A stretch of DNA of 64,000 nucleotides from Candidatus Nomurabacteria bacterium (lineage in GTDB: Bacteria; Patescibacteriota; Saccharimonadia; Saccharimonadales; CAIOMD01): NCBI GenBank assembly GCA_020631975.1, contig JACKGO010000001.1, positions 243,538 to 307,537 on the forward strand, read 5' to 3'. A program made the position numbers and the translations under genes. Shown here in pieces: positions 18,671 to 28,591 of this stretch. Every line of letters begins with the position of its first letter. The first letter of the stretch is position 1. A model generated the notes under the pieces. The model saw only the letters and a program-made list of their open reading frames with translations, did no database searches and was not told the origin of the DNA.

Positions 18671-19171
18671 TTACTTATTTGCATTACGCGCAATAGGTGT
18701 GTTTGTACGGATATAGTGGCAGGTGTAGCCACCTGGATTTTTTTGTAAATAGTCTTGGTGGTAATCTTCTGCGCTATAAAATTTAGTTAGTGGCTCAAGC
18801 TTGGTAACAACTTTATTTTTATATAGACCCGACGCATTAACAGCATCTATAACTTTTTTTGCAACAACAAGTTGTTGGCCATTTTTGTAAAAAATGGCCG
18901 AGCGGTAAGAACTACCAATATCGTTTCCTTGGCGGTCTTTAGTTGTTGGGTCATGAATTCTAAAAAAGAAGTCAAGCAAATTTTCGTAGCTAGTAATTTT
19001 AGGGTCATAAATAATCTGTATGGCTTCGGCGTGGCCAGGGTGATATTGGTACGTAGGGTTTGCGTTTTCGCCACCTGTGTAACCAACTTCTGTATGAGTG
19101 ACGCCTATCTGCTCCCTAAAAAGCTCTTGCATTCCCCAAAAACATCCCCCTGCTAAAACTATAGTTTCCAT
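18671..19171 (-). CDS. msrA: peptide methionine sulfoxide reductase MsrA
   Basis: GGCFWG active-site motif. Confidence 0.9.
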   Translation of the reverse strand: METIVLAGGCFWGMQELFREQIGVTHTEVGYTGGENANPTYQYHPGHAEAIQIIYDPKITSYENLLDFFFRIHDPTTKDRQGNDIGSSYRSAIFYKNGQQLVVAKKVIDAVNASGLYKNKVVTKLEPLTKFYSAEDYHQDYLQKNPGGYTCHYIRTNTPIARNANK

Positions 19172-19392
19172 ACATTAAGTATCTCATAAATAATAATGTG
19201 TGTAGCATGGACGTATATTTGATTTGTTGTTTGTTTGCATATTTTAATACATTGAAAGATATTTATTCACTCATTTGTTTGTGAGACCCCACATTTATAC
19301 AAGACGGGCTGGACCCGGCAGATTGTGGGTAGAGCTTATTGTTATACAGTTTTATATACTTTATGTGGTGTGTGTTTACGTTTGTAATGTAT

Positions 19393-19440
19393 AAAAATGC
19401 CTCGGTATGGTTACACACCGAGGCATTTGCAATTTTTATA
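19393..19440 (-). terminator. bidirectional intrinsic terminator after the LAYTG protein gene
   Basis: GCCTCGGT-loop-ACCGAGGC flanked by an A-tract and a T-tract. Confidence 0.5.
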
Positions 19441-19448
19441 TAAGGTTA

Positions 19449-20780
19449 TTAATTTTTGTAGCTTTTAGCACCTACTAAGATTGATGCAGATGATACGACT
19501 GCTAGGACAATAAGTACAGCTATGTACACTGCTATGCTAGAGCCTGTGTAGGCAAGCTTTGCACCTGTAGCAACGGTTGGTACAGAAGCGACAGTTACTG
19601 CTGGGCTTTCTGGTGTTGGATTAGGTGTAGCTTGCGCAAGCGGAGCCCACTGCTCAATACCAACTCGGTCGGTAACTTTAGCAAAAAGTTTTGTAGTTAA
19701 GTTAAATGTTGCAGTATATAGTGGAGTGACATTATTCTTTTTAAAGGATTTACTTTCGTTCTGTTGACCATAAACCGTACCAATTAGTGAGCTGTTATCT
19801 GGTGAAAAATAGGCTGGAATAAACATCTCATCTTTTAGTTCGCTCAGTGGAGTAGCACTTCCATCAACTGTACTAATAAGGTAGAATTTGCAGTGGTTAT
19901 ACGAGCTAGATTCTCGATTTGCAAGCATTCCGTAAGCTGATAAACAGTCGAGCGAAGATGTTACGTCAGCAACAAGTACTGACTTGTTGTCTGGGGAAAC
20001 ATCTAGAAAGTATTCAGACATATTTTTAGTTGTAGTCAATTGCTGACTAGTCGTTTCGCCAGGTAATATGTACCAAATATCAGTATTGAACCATGTAGTT
20101 TTACTGTAATAGATTGTGCCGTTATCTGCATAACCTGCGTTTATATATACATCGCTAGATGGTCCAACAATTGTTGTTGGTGTACCAGATTCATTGTCTA
20201 TAGCAACTATAGCTGCTTTAGGATTATCTATTTGGTAGCTGTACTGCGTAGCTAACACTGTTTCGCCGTCTGGTGAATAAGATAAGTTATTGACCCAGCT
20301 TTTTGATGGGAACCATTTCGTTCCATTAACTAAACTATCTAAATTAGTTAGTAAGTCTTGTCCCTCAACTACGTTGCCGTCTCCATCGGTTGTAACCTTA
20401 TTGACTACAGCGCAAGTTTTTTCATATTTTGCACAATCGGTTGTAGATTCCACTCCGTAAGCGATATCGTAATTACCTTCGGCTGTTGGTGGTGAAATAC
20501 CAGCTGCAGTGATTGTATCATCTTCTGTTGCAGCTACTTGCTCGTTGGTACCATCTGGCCCAGTTGTAATGACCTGACTGACGGTTTCTTCTTGAAGTAT
20601 AACTCCTCTATCCTCGGGATTAACGCTGTTTTCATTTTCTGTTGGTACTTGATTGTCTATATAGACAATCGGTCCATTTTCTCCATCTATGGCAGCTGCT
20701 GCAGATGGCGAATACGCCAAAAACCCCACGGCACAAGCTGCTGTTGCAAAGAATGGAATAATAAACATCCCTTTTCTCAT
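19449..20780 (-). CDS. sortase-anchored surface protein with PD40/TolB-like beta-propeller repeats
   Basis: N-terminal signal peptide (MRKGMFIIPFFATAACAVG), repeated SPDG/SPDN blades, and a C-terminal LAYTG followed by a hydrophobic helix and a KSYKN tail. Confidence 0.65.
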   Translation of the reverse strand: MRKGMFIIPFFATAACAVGFLAYSPSAAAAIDGENGPIVYIDNQVPTENENSVNPEDRGVILQEETVSQVITTGPDGTNEQVAATEDDTITAAGISPPTAEGNYDIAYGVESTTDCAKYEKTCAVVNKVTTDGDGNVVEGQDLLTNLDSLVNGTKWFPSKSWVNNLSYSPDGETVLATQYSYQIDNPKAAIVAIDNESGTPTTIVGPSSDVYINAGYADNGTIYYSKTTWFNTDIWYILPGETTSQQLTTTKNMSEYFLDVSPDNKSVLVADVTSSLDCLSAYGMLANRESSSYNHCKFYLISTVDGSATPLSELKDEMFIPAYFSPDNSSLIGTVYGQQNESKSFKKNNVTPLYTATFNLTTKLFAKVTDRVGIEQWAPLAQATPNPTPESPAVTVASVPTVATGAKLAYTGSSIAVYIAVLIVLAVVSSASILVGAKSYKN

Positions 20781-20943
20781 CACGAGCTCCTTGTTTAATA
20801 ATTTTAGTCTATGCCTATAGATAGTACTTGTCAAATATTTTGTTTTGTTGTATGGCTATAGTTCTTATGCTTCTTGTAACCTGTTAATACTAGCCAGATT
20901 TGACTGCTATTATTTATGACAGATTGTTATACAATACAGCTAT

Positions 20944-21537
20944 ATGAAATCTCCTAAACGAGTGACCAATAAACGTGCACTAGCAGGTATTGCATTGGGC
21001 TTAGTGTGCACTGTTTTCGCACTATACATAAGCATTTTACTCCTTTCACCACGGTTACCGTCTATTCCTTATGTATCTGCTTCACCAATTGACCTAAACA
21101 CGAAAGATGACGAAAACGATAATAGAAATCGGATACAAATAGAAAAAATTGGTGTAGAAGTACCGTTTTACACAGGTAACGAAGACGTCTTAGAACTAGG
21201 CGCATGGCACAGACAACCAGAAAACGGCAACCCTGCACAGGGTGGAAATTTTGTATTGGCTGCTCATAGGTTTGAAATGGGTAATACACCTGGCCAAACA
21301 AGAACAAAATCGCCATTTTATAGAATTGACACTTTAGAATTAGGTAACAACGTAAGAATTTTTTACGAAGGCCAGTGGTATGATTACACAGTGAGTAAAA
21401 AATACGAGGTACCAGATAACGCTCTTTATATTGAAAGCACAAGCGTAGAACCAAAACTAACGCTCTATAGCTGTTCAATGAGAGGACCGGCCGCCGGCCG
21501 TTATGTTATAGAAGCCTCACCCAATACAACACGCTAA
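20944..21537 (+). CDS. sortase (class E-like, LAxTG-specific)
   Basis: N-terminal TM anchor, catalytic His in VLAAHR, and the TLYSCS (TLxTC) cysteine motif. Confidence 0.8.
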   Translation: MKSPKRVTNKRALAGIALGLVCTVFALYISILLLSPRLPSIPYVSASPIDLNTKDDENDNRNRIQIEKIGVEVPFYTGNEDVLELGAWHRQPENGNPAQGGNFVLAAHRFEMGNTPGQTRTKSPFYRIDTLELGNNVRIFYEGQWYDYTVSKKYEVPDNALYIESTSVEPKLTLYSCSMRGPAAGRYVIEASPNTTR

Positions 21538-21609
21538 TGTTTTTTGTAAGTTTGACGTAATGGAGTATGCTAGTAAGTAGACATACATTAAAACCAAAAC
21601 ATACAAAAA

Positions 21610-22575
21610 ATGCTATACGGAAACGAAATACGTCGTCACTATTATTTGCCTAAAACGGTTATTGTGGCTCCACGCAGATCTGCCAGGCCAACTTCTTTCA
21701 CAGAAAGCATTACTGTGGCGAACCAAGCTGCGTGTGTACTGTGTAATAGCCACGAAGAGTGTATGTACAGTGTGCAGTCTAGCGATGGGTGGGTAATAAA
21801 ATCGGTACGTAACCCATATGGTGCCCTGACAGAGCATCAAAAGCACGCTTATGGATACCAAGAAGTAATTATTGAATCCCCAGCCCACATCACTAATTTT
21901 AGCGACCATTCAGTATACACCATAAAAATGCTGTTAGACACCTATGCGCATCGTTCTGATGCTCTTAAAAAACGACCCCACATTCGCTATGTATCGGTAT
22001 TTAAAAACAATGGCCCGCATGCTGGTGCAACACTGCAACATAGCCATAGCCAAGTGTTTGGCTTTCCATTTGTACCAGAAAAAGTGCTTACAGAAGTCGA
22101 AGCACTTGCCCATTACAAGCAAAAGCATGGCAACTGTGCAATATGCGATGTTATTCGAACCGAGCTTACGGACAATGTGCGGGTTGCTTACGAGCTAGAC
22201 CATGCTATTGCGCTATGTCCGTTTGCTTCAGAATACCCATATGAGCTGCTGATTATCCCTAAAAAACATTCTAGCAGTTTGTCAAAACTACACGATGATA
22301 CTAAATATGACATGGCTACGCTGCTAAAAATGTCTATACATATGCTAGACATGCAAAAACTCGATTATAACTATTACATTAATGACATGCATCACGCTGG
22401 CACTCATACCTACATACGTATAACGCCACGCATTGGCGCACCAAAAGTGTTTGGAGGATTAGAAATGGCGACAGATATTACCGTGAATTCTGTACCCCCA
22501 GAGCGTGCGGCTAAGGAGTACCGCCAGCACGTTGGTTCCCTGTTGCCTGCTCAACACTATGCCATTGCAAAATAA
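21610..22575 (+). CDS. GalT-like hexose-1-phosphate nucleotidyltransferase / NDP-sugar phosphorylase (HIT superfamily)
   Basis: N-terminal CVLCNSHEEC zinc knuckle and HSHSQ (HxHxQ) active-site motif; 321 aa. Confidence 0.6.
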   Translation: MLYGNEIRRHYYLPKTVIVAPRRSARPTSFTESITVANQAACVLCNSHEECMYSVQSSDGWVIKSVRNPYGALTEHQKHAYGYQEVIIESPAHITNFSDHSVYTIKMLLDTYAHRSDALKKRPHIRYVSVFKNNGPHAGATLQHSHSQVFGFPFVPEKVLTEVEALAHYKQKHGNCAICDVIRTELTDNVRVAYELDHAIALCPFASEYPYELLIIPKKHSSSLSKLHDDTKYDMATLLKMSIHMLDMQKLDYNYYINDMHHAGTHTYIRITPRIGAPKVFGGLEMATDITVNSVPPERAAKEYRQHVGSLLPAQHYAIAK

Positions 22576-23230
22576 TATCGTTTAGAAGCTGCAACGTCTG
22601 TTGCTTATCTGGCAGCGTGTTATCTTCGTAGTAGTGATTAATATCAAAAAGGTTTTCTTTGGCAGACAAGCATATAAGATCATCTGCCAGCACATGCATT
22701 TTATCTACCGCATCTACAGATGCTACAGGTGTAGCCATAACGAGTTTTTTATAGTGAATTGCCTTTAAAAAGTCATACACCATATCAAAACTGGTACCAC
22801 TAAGGGCTCCATCTGTGACGGCTATGACAACCCTGTTTCTAAAATAACTTGGTGATATTTCACCACCTTGCCCCAACACCACATGCATATTACGTATAGA
22901 TTCACGCTTTGCTTGCTCTATATGGTTACGGTATTCAGACTCAAATTCTTCTATTTCACCAGTAGAAAACGAGTTGTTATGTATAAATCCACCTTGTTCG
23001 TTAATAATACCGACCATTGTCCGGCCATCTGGTAAATAAATATCTTTTGTTAAAAGCATGGCAATGAGACTATGGAGGTTTCTGGCGAGTTCTGCTCCAA
23101 CCAATACTGCCCCTGGTGAAAGTGCTAAAACTATAGTGTCTTCATACCGATATTTTTGGGCATACTGTGCAATAATGGCCCCTGCCTGAGCGCGCGATTG
23201 AAAGTAATTATAGCTTGGGTTTTGCTGCAT
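22511..23230 (-). CDS. phosphoribosyltransferase-domain protein
   Basis: PRPP-binding-like VVIAVTDGALSGTS; convergent 65-nt overlap with the GalT-like gene. Confidence 0.5.
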   Translation of the reverse strand: MQQNPSYNYFQSRAQAGAIIAQYAQKYRYEDTIVLALSPGAVLVGAELARNLHSLIAMLLTKDIYLPDGRTMVGIINEQGGFIHNNSFSTGEIEEFESEYRNHIEQAKRESIRNMHVVLGQGGEISPSYFRNRVVIAVTDGALSGTSFDMVYDFLKAIHYKKLVMATPVASVDAVDKMHVLADDLICLSAKENLFDINHYYEDNTLPDKQQTLQLLNDIILQWHSVEQATGNQRAGGTP

Positions 23231-23319
23231 ATTAAGTGTTTAAATTATAGCAGTAATATTTTAAGTTTATATAATTACAATTACGCAACAATTTATAGAC
23301 TTTTTCACATCATTTATGG

Positions 23320-23348
23320 TTGTTTTTACGCTGTAAGAGTACTATACT
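23320..23348 (+). promoter_or_regulatory. promoter of the GT4-GH57-GH15 operon
   Basis: TTGTTT, 17-nt spacer, TATACT, 40 nt before the GT4 start. Confidence 0.35.
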
Positions 23349-23387
23349 AAAAGCATAAACATAACAAAAGGTTAAAATACCAAAAAT

Positions 23388-24599
23388 ATGAAGGTACTTA
23401 TGCTTGGGTGGGAACTGCCACCGCATAATAGCGGAGGGCTTGGTGTCGCGTGTTATCATATGTGCAAAGCACTGTCTCATAAAGGGGTAGATATTGAATT
23501 TATCGTGCCGTACACTGCCCCGCACGATGATATACATTTTATGAAGGTAACCCCGGCTACGCCTTTTAATGTCAAGGAAATCCAAAAAGGTGGCATGGCC
23601 TATGACAGTTTTAGCTATATTTATAACGATAAATCTATAGAGCATATTTCTATCCATGAGCAAACAGAACGTTACGTCAAATCTGTCGAGGGTATTACTA
23701 CATTAGGTGAATTTGACATTATTCATGCGCATGATTGGCTTACTTTTCGGGCTGCGCTCCGTGCTAAAGAAATAAGTGGCAAGCCGCTAATCACTCATGT
23801 ACACGCGACCGAGTTTGACCGCGCTGGTGGTAAATCAGGCAATCCGCTTGTACATGAAATAGAATACATGGGGCTTATGTTGGCAGATAAAATCATTGCC
23901 GTCAGCCAACATACAAAAAATGTAATTACCAAAGAATACGACATTCCACAAGACAAAATAGATGTTGTACATAACAGTATAGACACTGCTATATACCAAG
24001 ACCTAGACCCCCATAACGCCTACCGTTATTTAGAAAAAATGAAGTCCCATGGCTACAGGGTAGTGGCGAATGTTGGCAGACTTACCGTACAGAAAGGTTT
24101 ATATAACCTACTGCTCGCAGCCAAAGATGTCGTTTCGCGCTCACCTAAGACCATTTTTTTGATTGTTGGGTCTGGTGAACAGTATCAAGAATTATTACAG
24201 CTTTCGGCCGATTTAGGCATTGCTAAAAACGTCGTGTTTACTGATTTTCAAAGAGGTAAAAATTTACGTGACGCTTTTGCAATTGCCGATTTATTTGTAA
24301 TGCCAAGTGTTTCTGAGCCATTTGGACTCACACCACTAGAAGCAATAGGCTATGGGACGCCCGCACTTGTTAGCAAGCAAAGTGGTGTTGCCGAGGTTAT
24401 TACCAACTGCTTAAAAGTAGATTTTTGGGATGTCCAAGAAATGGCCAACCAAATACACGCCGTTGTATCACACGATAGTTTACGTGACGAACTTCACACC
24501 CAAAGTTTTGCAGAATTCATTAAGCTATCGTGGGACGCTACAGCACATAAGCTTGTAGGCGCATATACGCAGCACGTTCAACTTGTGGGGGCTAAGTAA
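23388..24599 (+). CDS. GT4 retaining glycosyltransferase (alpha-glucan / glycogen-synthase-like)
   Basis: MKVLMLGWELPPHNSGGLG N-terminus and C-terminal EPFGLTPLEAIGYG (EX7E). Confidence 0.75.
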   Translation: MKVLMLGWELPPHNSGGLGVACYHMCKALSHKGVDIEFIVPYTAPHDDIHFMKVTPATPFNVKEIQKGGMAYDSFSYIYNDKSIEHISIHEQTERYVKSVEGITTLGEFDIIHAHDWLTFRAALRAKEISGKPLITHVHATEFDRAGGKSGNPLVHEIEYMGLMLADKIIAVSQHTKNVITKEYDIPQDKIDVVHNSIDTAIYQDLDPHNAYRYLEKMKSHGYRVVANVGRLTVQKGLYNLLLAAKDVVSRSPKTIFLIVGSGEQYQELLQLSADLGIAKNVVFTDFQRGKNLRDAFAIADLFVMPSVSEPFGLTPLEAIGYGTPALVSKQSGVAEVITNCLKVDFWDVQEMANQIHAVVSHDSLRDELHTQSFAEFIKLSWDATAHKLVGAYTQHVQLVGAK

Positions 24600-25813
24600 T
24601 GAAGCAAGCTATTAGCCTTTACTTACACGTTCATCAGCCCTACCGTATTAGACATTACACTATATTTGATGCCGGAAGCGACCATCAATACTTTAATGAC
24701 GCAAGCCCGCACGCACTAACCAACAACCGGTTTATTGTTGAAAAAGTGGCCGAAAAATCATACCGACCAATGAACGCGGTGCTCAAAGAATTATTAGACA
24801 CAATAGAAGACTTTAAATTTAGTTTGTCTATACCTGGTATGCTCATTGATCAACTGGCCGAGTGGGCTCCAGACGTACTATATTCTTTCCAGGAACTCGT
24901 AAAAAGTGGCCGAGTAGAAATTGTGGCAGAAACCTACCACCACAGTTTGGCCTTCTTTTATTCGCGTGCAGAATTTGAAGCCCAAGTACTTATGCACCGC
25001 CAAAAAGTCCAAGAAGTGTTTGGTGTAACCCCTACGGCATTCCGAAACACCGAACTTAGTTACAATAACGATTTAGCTTATTGGGCAGATAAAGCGGGTT
25101 ATAAAGCCATAATTACAGAAGGTTGGGACCCTATTTTAGGATGGCGTAGCCCTAATTTTGTGTACCGTCCAGCTTACACAGAAAATATTAAATTACTACT
25201 TAAGAATTATAAGCTAAGTGACGATATTGCGTTTCGGTTTGGTAACCAAGAATGGGAAGAATGGCCCCTCAGTGCCGAAAAGTATGTATCGTGGCTTGGT
25301 GCAGCGATGGATAATGCCCAAGTATTTAATTTGTTTATGGATTATGAAACGTTTGGCGAGCACCAATGGGCGAGCACAGGTATATTTGATTTTATGAAAG
25401 CCATGCCACATATATGGAAAAATAGCCGTGATGATCGCACGTTTATGACTATTAGCGAATCTGTCTATAGCTTTGAAGCCAACGATTATGTTGATATACC
25501 GCAAACAATTACATGGGCCGACACTGAACGAGATTTAACTGCATGGCTTGGTAATAGTATGCAGCACGAAGCAATACATGCCATATATCAGCTCGAAGAT
25601 AAAGTACTACGTTGTGGTGACGCCGATATCGTGGCAGACTGGCGTAAACTACAAACCAGTGATCATTTTTACTATATGTGTACCAAATGGTTTAAAGACG
25701 GTGATGTACACGCATATTTTAGCCCTTATACCAGCCCGTACGAAGCGTTTACGAACTTTATGAATGCGTGGCACGACTTGCAGTTCCGCCTTGCAGAGAA
25801 AGGGTTTGTTTAA
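24599..25813 (+). CDS. glycoside hydrolase family 57 (alpha-amylase / glucanotransferase-like)
   Basis: N-terminal LYLHVHQPYR GH57 signature; start overlaps the GT4 stop. Confidence 0.8.
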   Translation: MKQAISLYLHVHQPYRIRHYTIFDAGSDHQYFNDASPHALTNNRFIVEKVAEKSYRPMNAVLKELLDTIEDFKFSLSIPGMLIDQLAEWAPDVLYSFQELVKSGRVEIVAETYHHSLAFFYSRAEFEAQVLMHRQKVQEVFGVTPTAFRNTELSYNNDLAYWADKAGYKAIITEGWDPILGWRSPNFVYRPAYTENIKLLLKNYKLSDDIAFRFGNQEWEEWPLSAEKYVSWLGAAMDNAQVFNLFMDYETFGEHQWASTGIFDFMKAMPHIWKNSRDDRTFMTISESVYSFEANDYVDIPQTITWADTERDLTAWLGNSMQHEAIHAIYQLEDKVLRCGDADIVADWRKLQTSDHFYYMCTKWFKDGDVHAYFSPYTSPYEAFTNFMNAWHDLQFRLAEKGFV

Positions 25814-25830
25814 GCGTGGCTAGACCAGTC

Positions 25831-27750
25831 ATGCTGAGTAATGGCCAGCTAATGGTTGGCTTGAATGAAGCCGGCTTAGTCCATGATTTTTATTACCCAT
25901 ATGTGGGGTTAGATAATCTTACAACCGCCAGAAGTGTGCACCATAAAATTGGTGTATGGGTAGATGGTACGTTTTCTTGGGTAGATGATGATTCCTGGCA
26001 GGTAGATATTCAGCTAGAAACAGATGCGCTTATTGGTAGAGTAGAACTATCACATGAAAGTCTTGGCATAAAAATCAGCACAAAAGATTTTGTAGACACG
26101 CAAACAAACGCCTTTATACGACGCATATCAGTAACCAATGAAAGTAATACTCGCAGAGATATTCGTCTGTTTATGCATCAGGTTTTTGAAATATCTAAAT
26201 CTGGCCGTGCCGACACAGCTTTTTATGAACCTGACGGTAATTACATTTTAGATTATAAAGGCCGTTGTGCCTTGCTTATATGTGGGCAAACAAAAGACGG
26301 TCACTCTCTAGACCAATTTGCTGTTGGTAATTACGGCATAGAAGGCAAAGCTGGTACTTTTATTGATGCAGCTGATGGTGAATTGTCTGGCAACGCCGTA
26401 GAACATGGTGGCGTAGATTCTGTCATACGGTTTTCTATACCGCTAGATCCACATACAACGGCTGAAGTTGACTATTGGATTATTGCGAGTAGCTCACAGT
26501 ATGAGTCACAAGCTATCCACGCAGATTTTTTGCGACACGGTATAGATAAGCGTGAACAGATTGCCCGAAATACATGGGCAAAGTGGTTAAAACAGGGTGA
26601 CAGCGCACTAGAAACAATTGCGCCTGAGTATCAAGATCATGTAAAAAAATCATTGCTTGTCATTAAAGCACATATAGACAAACGAGGTGGTATTTTAGCG
26701 AGTGGTGATAGTAGCATATTTAATTATGGCCGAGATTACTACTGTTATGTATGGCCCCGCGACGGGGCATATGCTATATGGCCACTTATAAGAATGGGTT
26801 ATTACAAAGAAGCGATTAAATTCTTTGAATTCTGTCGTGATACGATGCATAAAGACGGCTATTTGCTCCATAAGTATCAGCCAGATAGAGCAATTGGGAG
26901 TACCTGGCACCCACTGGTGCACAATAGTCGTTCGGAGCTGGCAATACAAGAAGACGAAACTGCAATAATCCTTATAATGTTGGGTGAATATTATGATTAT
27001 AGTAAGGATGCCGAATTTACCGAATCGCTGTATGCCACATTAATCCAGCCGGCTGCAATGTTTATTAGTAAATTCATAGAAGAAGACACAAACTTGCCGC
27101 ATGCGAGCTACGATTTATGGGAAGAGAAATTTTTAACAACAACCTATACCACTGCTACTGTTATACGCGCATTACGGCGAGCAAGTAGCTTTGCTGACCA
27201 GTTTGGATACCCAGACGACGCCGTTCAGTGGATGCAGGTTGCAGATAGTATAGAATCATCACTCCCCTTGCTGTACGACCCTGATAGGCAAGCGTATCGT
27301 AAAGGACTTCTGCGCCTGCCAGATGGTAATCTACAGTTTGATAACACGTTGGATATGTCCACGTTATACGGACTTACCATGTTTACAAAAGTAAAATTAA
27401 ACGATCCAACAGTTGTTCACACGGTAGAAGCTATAGAAAGTAACCTCGTTAACAAAACTATCGGTGGAGTCGTGCGATACGAAAACGATAACTACATGAA
27501 AACATCAGAAGATGCGCAACCGAATCCATGGTTTGTGTGCACATTATGGCTTGCGCAGTATTATGTACAGAGGCAACAGCCAGATAAAGCCAAAGAACTC
27601 ATAGATTGGTCACTGTCACATAGCCTAGATAGTGGCATACTAAGTGAACAAGTACACCCAGAAACCGGCTATGCGGTGGGCGTTGCTCCGTTAGTATGGA
27701 GCCACACTGAACTTATTAATACGATTCTTGATATTAGCGGAACACAGTAA
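25831..27750 (+). CDS. glycoside hydrolase family 15 (glucoamylase / glucodextranase / trehalase-like)
   Basis: LSNGQLMVGLNEAG N-domain and YVWPRDGAYAI (WxRD) in an (alpha/alpha)6 catalytic domain. Start placed at the ATG after the GH57 stop; the listed ORF starts 21 codons earlier and overlaps GH57. Confidence 0.75.
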   Translation: MLSNGQLMVGLNEAGLVHDFYYPYVGLDNLTTARSVHHKIGVWVDGTFSWVDDDSWQVDIQLETDALIGRVELSHESLGIKISTKDFVDTQTNAFIRRISVTNESNTRRDIRLFMHQVFEISKSGRADTAFYEPDGNYILDYKGRCALLICGQTKDGHSLDQFAVGNYGIEGKAGTFIDAADGELSGNAVEHGGVDSVIRFSIPLDPHTTAEVDYWIIASSSQYESQAIHADFLRHGIDKREQIARNTWAKWLKQGDSALETIAPEYQDHVKKSLLVIKAHIDKRGGILASGDSSIFNYGRDYYCYVWPRDGAYAIWPLIRMGYYKEAIKFFEFCRDTMHKDGYLLHKYQPDRAIGSTWHPLVHNSRSELAIQEDETAIILIMLGEYYDYSKDAEFTESLYATLIQPAAMFISKFIEEDTNLPHASYDLWEEKFLTTTYTTATVIRALRRASSFADQFGYPDDAVQWMQVADSIESSLPLLYDPDRQAYRKGLLRLPDGNLQFDNTLDMSTLYGLTMFTKVKLNDPTVVHTVEAIESNLVNKTIGGVVRYENDNYMKTSEDAQPNPWFVCTLWLAQYYVQRQQPDKAKELIDWSLSHSLDSGILSEQVHPETGYAVGVAPLVWSHTELINTILDISGTQ

Positions 27751-27801
27751 ATATCCGCTACACGATAACGTAGCGGATGCTATAACTGCTACGACTTTAG
27801 G

Positions 27802-28008
27802 CTATTTCTTTCGTGGTTTGACTACGTTACGGCCTAGGTTCTTGGTCGTTTCTACATAGACGGTGTGACGCCGTACTACAGGATTGTACTTGCGCAGACG
27901 CAGTTTGTCTGGGCTATTTTGAGTGTTCTTACGGGTATAGTAATGCCGATGTCCCGTTTCTTCACACACTAATCCAATTGTTTTACGCTTGGTTGATTTT
28001 TTTGCCAT
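27802..28008 (-). CDS. rpmG: 50S ribosomal protein L33 with a basic C-terminal tail
   Basis: [37 protein letters not shown]. Confidence 0.8.
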   Translation of the reverse strand: MAKKSTKRKTIGLVCEETGHRHYYTRKNTQNSPDKLRLRKYNPVVRRHTVYVETTKNLGRNVVKPRKK

Positions 28009-28083
28009 AATTAATTAGCCTCTACATACTTTCAACTTATTATTTTACTGCAAATACCCTTTAAAAGCAATAGTTGGTTCAGC

Positions 28084-28269
28084 TCATTGCGCTTTTGGCA
28101 TAATGAATAAACATAATATATATGCAAGTACAATGGTACCACCAGATAATACACCAAGTACGACAGTAGCCACTCTAACGACAGTAGCATCTATATTAAA
28201 GTATTCGGCTATGCCTCCACATATACCAAACAATACTGAATTTGTGCGTGAACGATATAACTTTTTCAT
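28084..28269 (-). CDS. PspC-domain small membrane protein
   Basis: RSRTNSVLFGICGGIAEYFNIDATVVRV followed by a TM helix. Confidence 0.6.
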   Translation of the reverse strand: MKKLYRSRTNSVLFGICGGIAEYFNIDATVVRVATVVLGVLSGGTIVLAYILCLFIMPKAQ

Positions 28270-28274
28270 ATTTA

Positions 28275-28349
<75 letters not shown>

Positions 28350-28505
28350 ATCATACGCTGTGCTGCCCATCATTTCTTGCAGCAACCCTAGGTTGTGCCT
28401 ATTATCTAATAGATAGTCAGCATCAATATTGCCAAGGGGATTATGCTCTAAGCCATGTGTTGACTGAGTTTCTGCAAAACGATGTGGATCATAATTACTC
28501 ATATA

Positions 28506-28591
28506 TGTGGTGCAGGGTGTAGGATTCGAACCTACGAAGGCATAAGCCAACAGATTTACAGTCTGTCGTGTTTGACCGCTTCACTAACCCT
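28506..28591 (-). tRNA. tRNA-Tyr (GTA)
   Basis: Anticodon loop CTGTAAA; long variable arm; T-loop TTCGAAT; CCA encoded. Confidence 0.85.

Noticed and set aside
19172-19392. Possible riboswitch in the msrA 5' leader (CCCACA...TGTGGG-enclosed GC-rich element)
   Set aside because: Only a short 6-bp closing helix, with no match to riboswitch consensus sequences I can recall (SAM, TPP, FMN, glycine). It is probably just promoter/UTR sequence.
28350-28505. Possible tRNA-Gly between tRNA-Thr(GGT) and tRNA-Tyr
   Set aside because: No acceptor/T-arm pairing or TTCGA T-loop on either strand; there is only a faint CTTGGCAA resemblance to a Gly anticodon arm.
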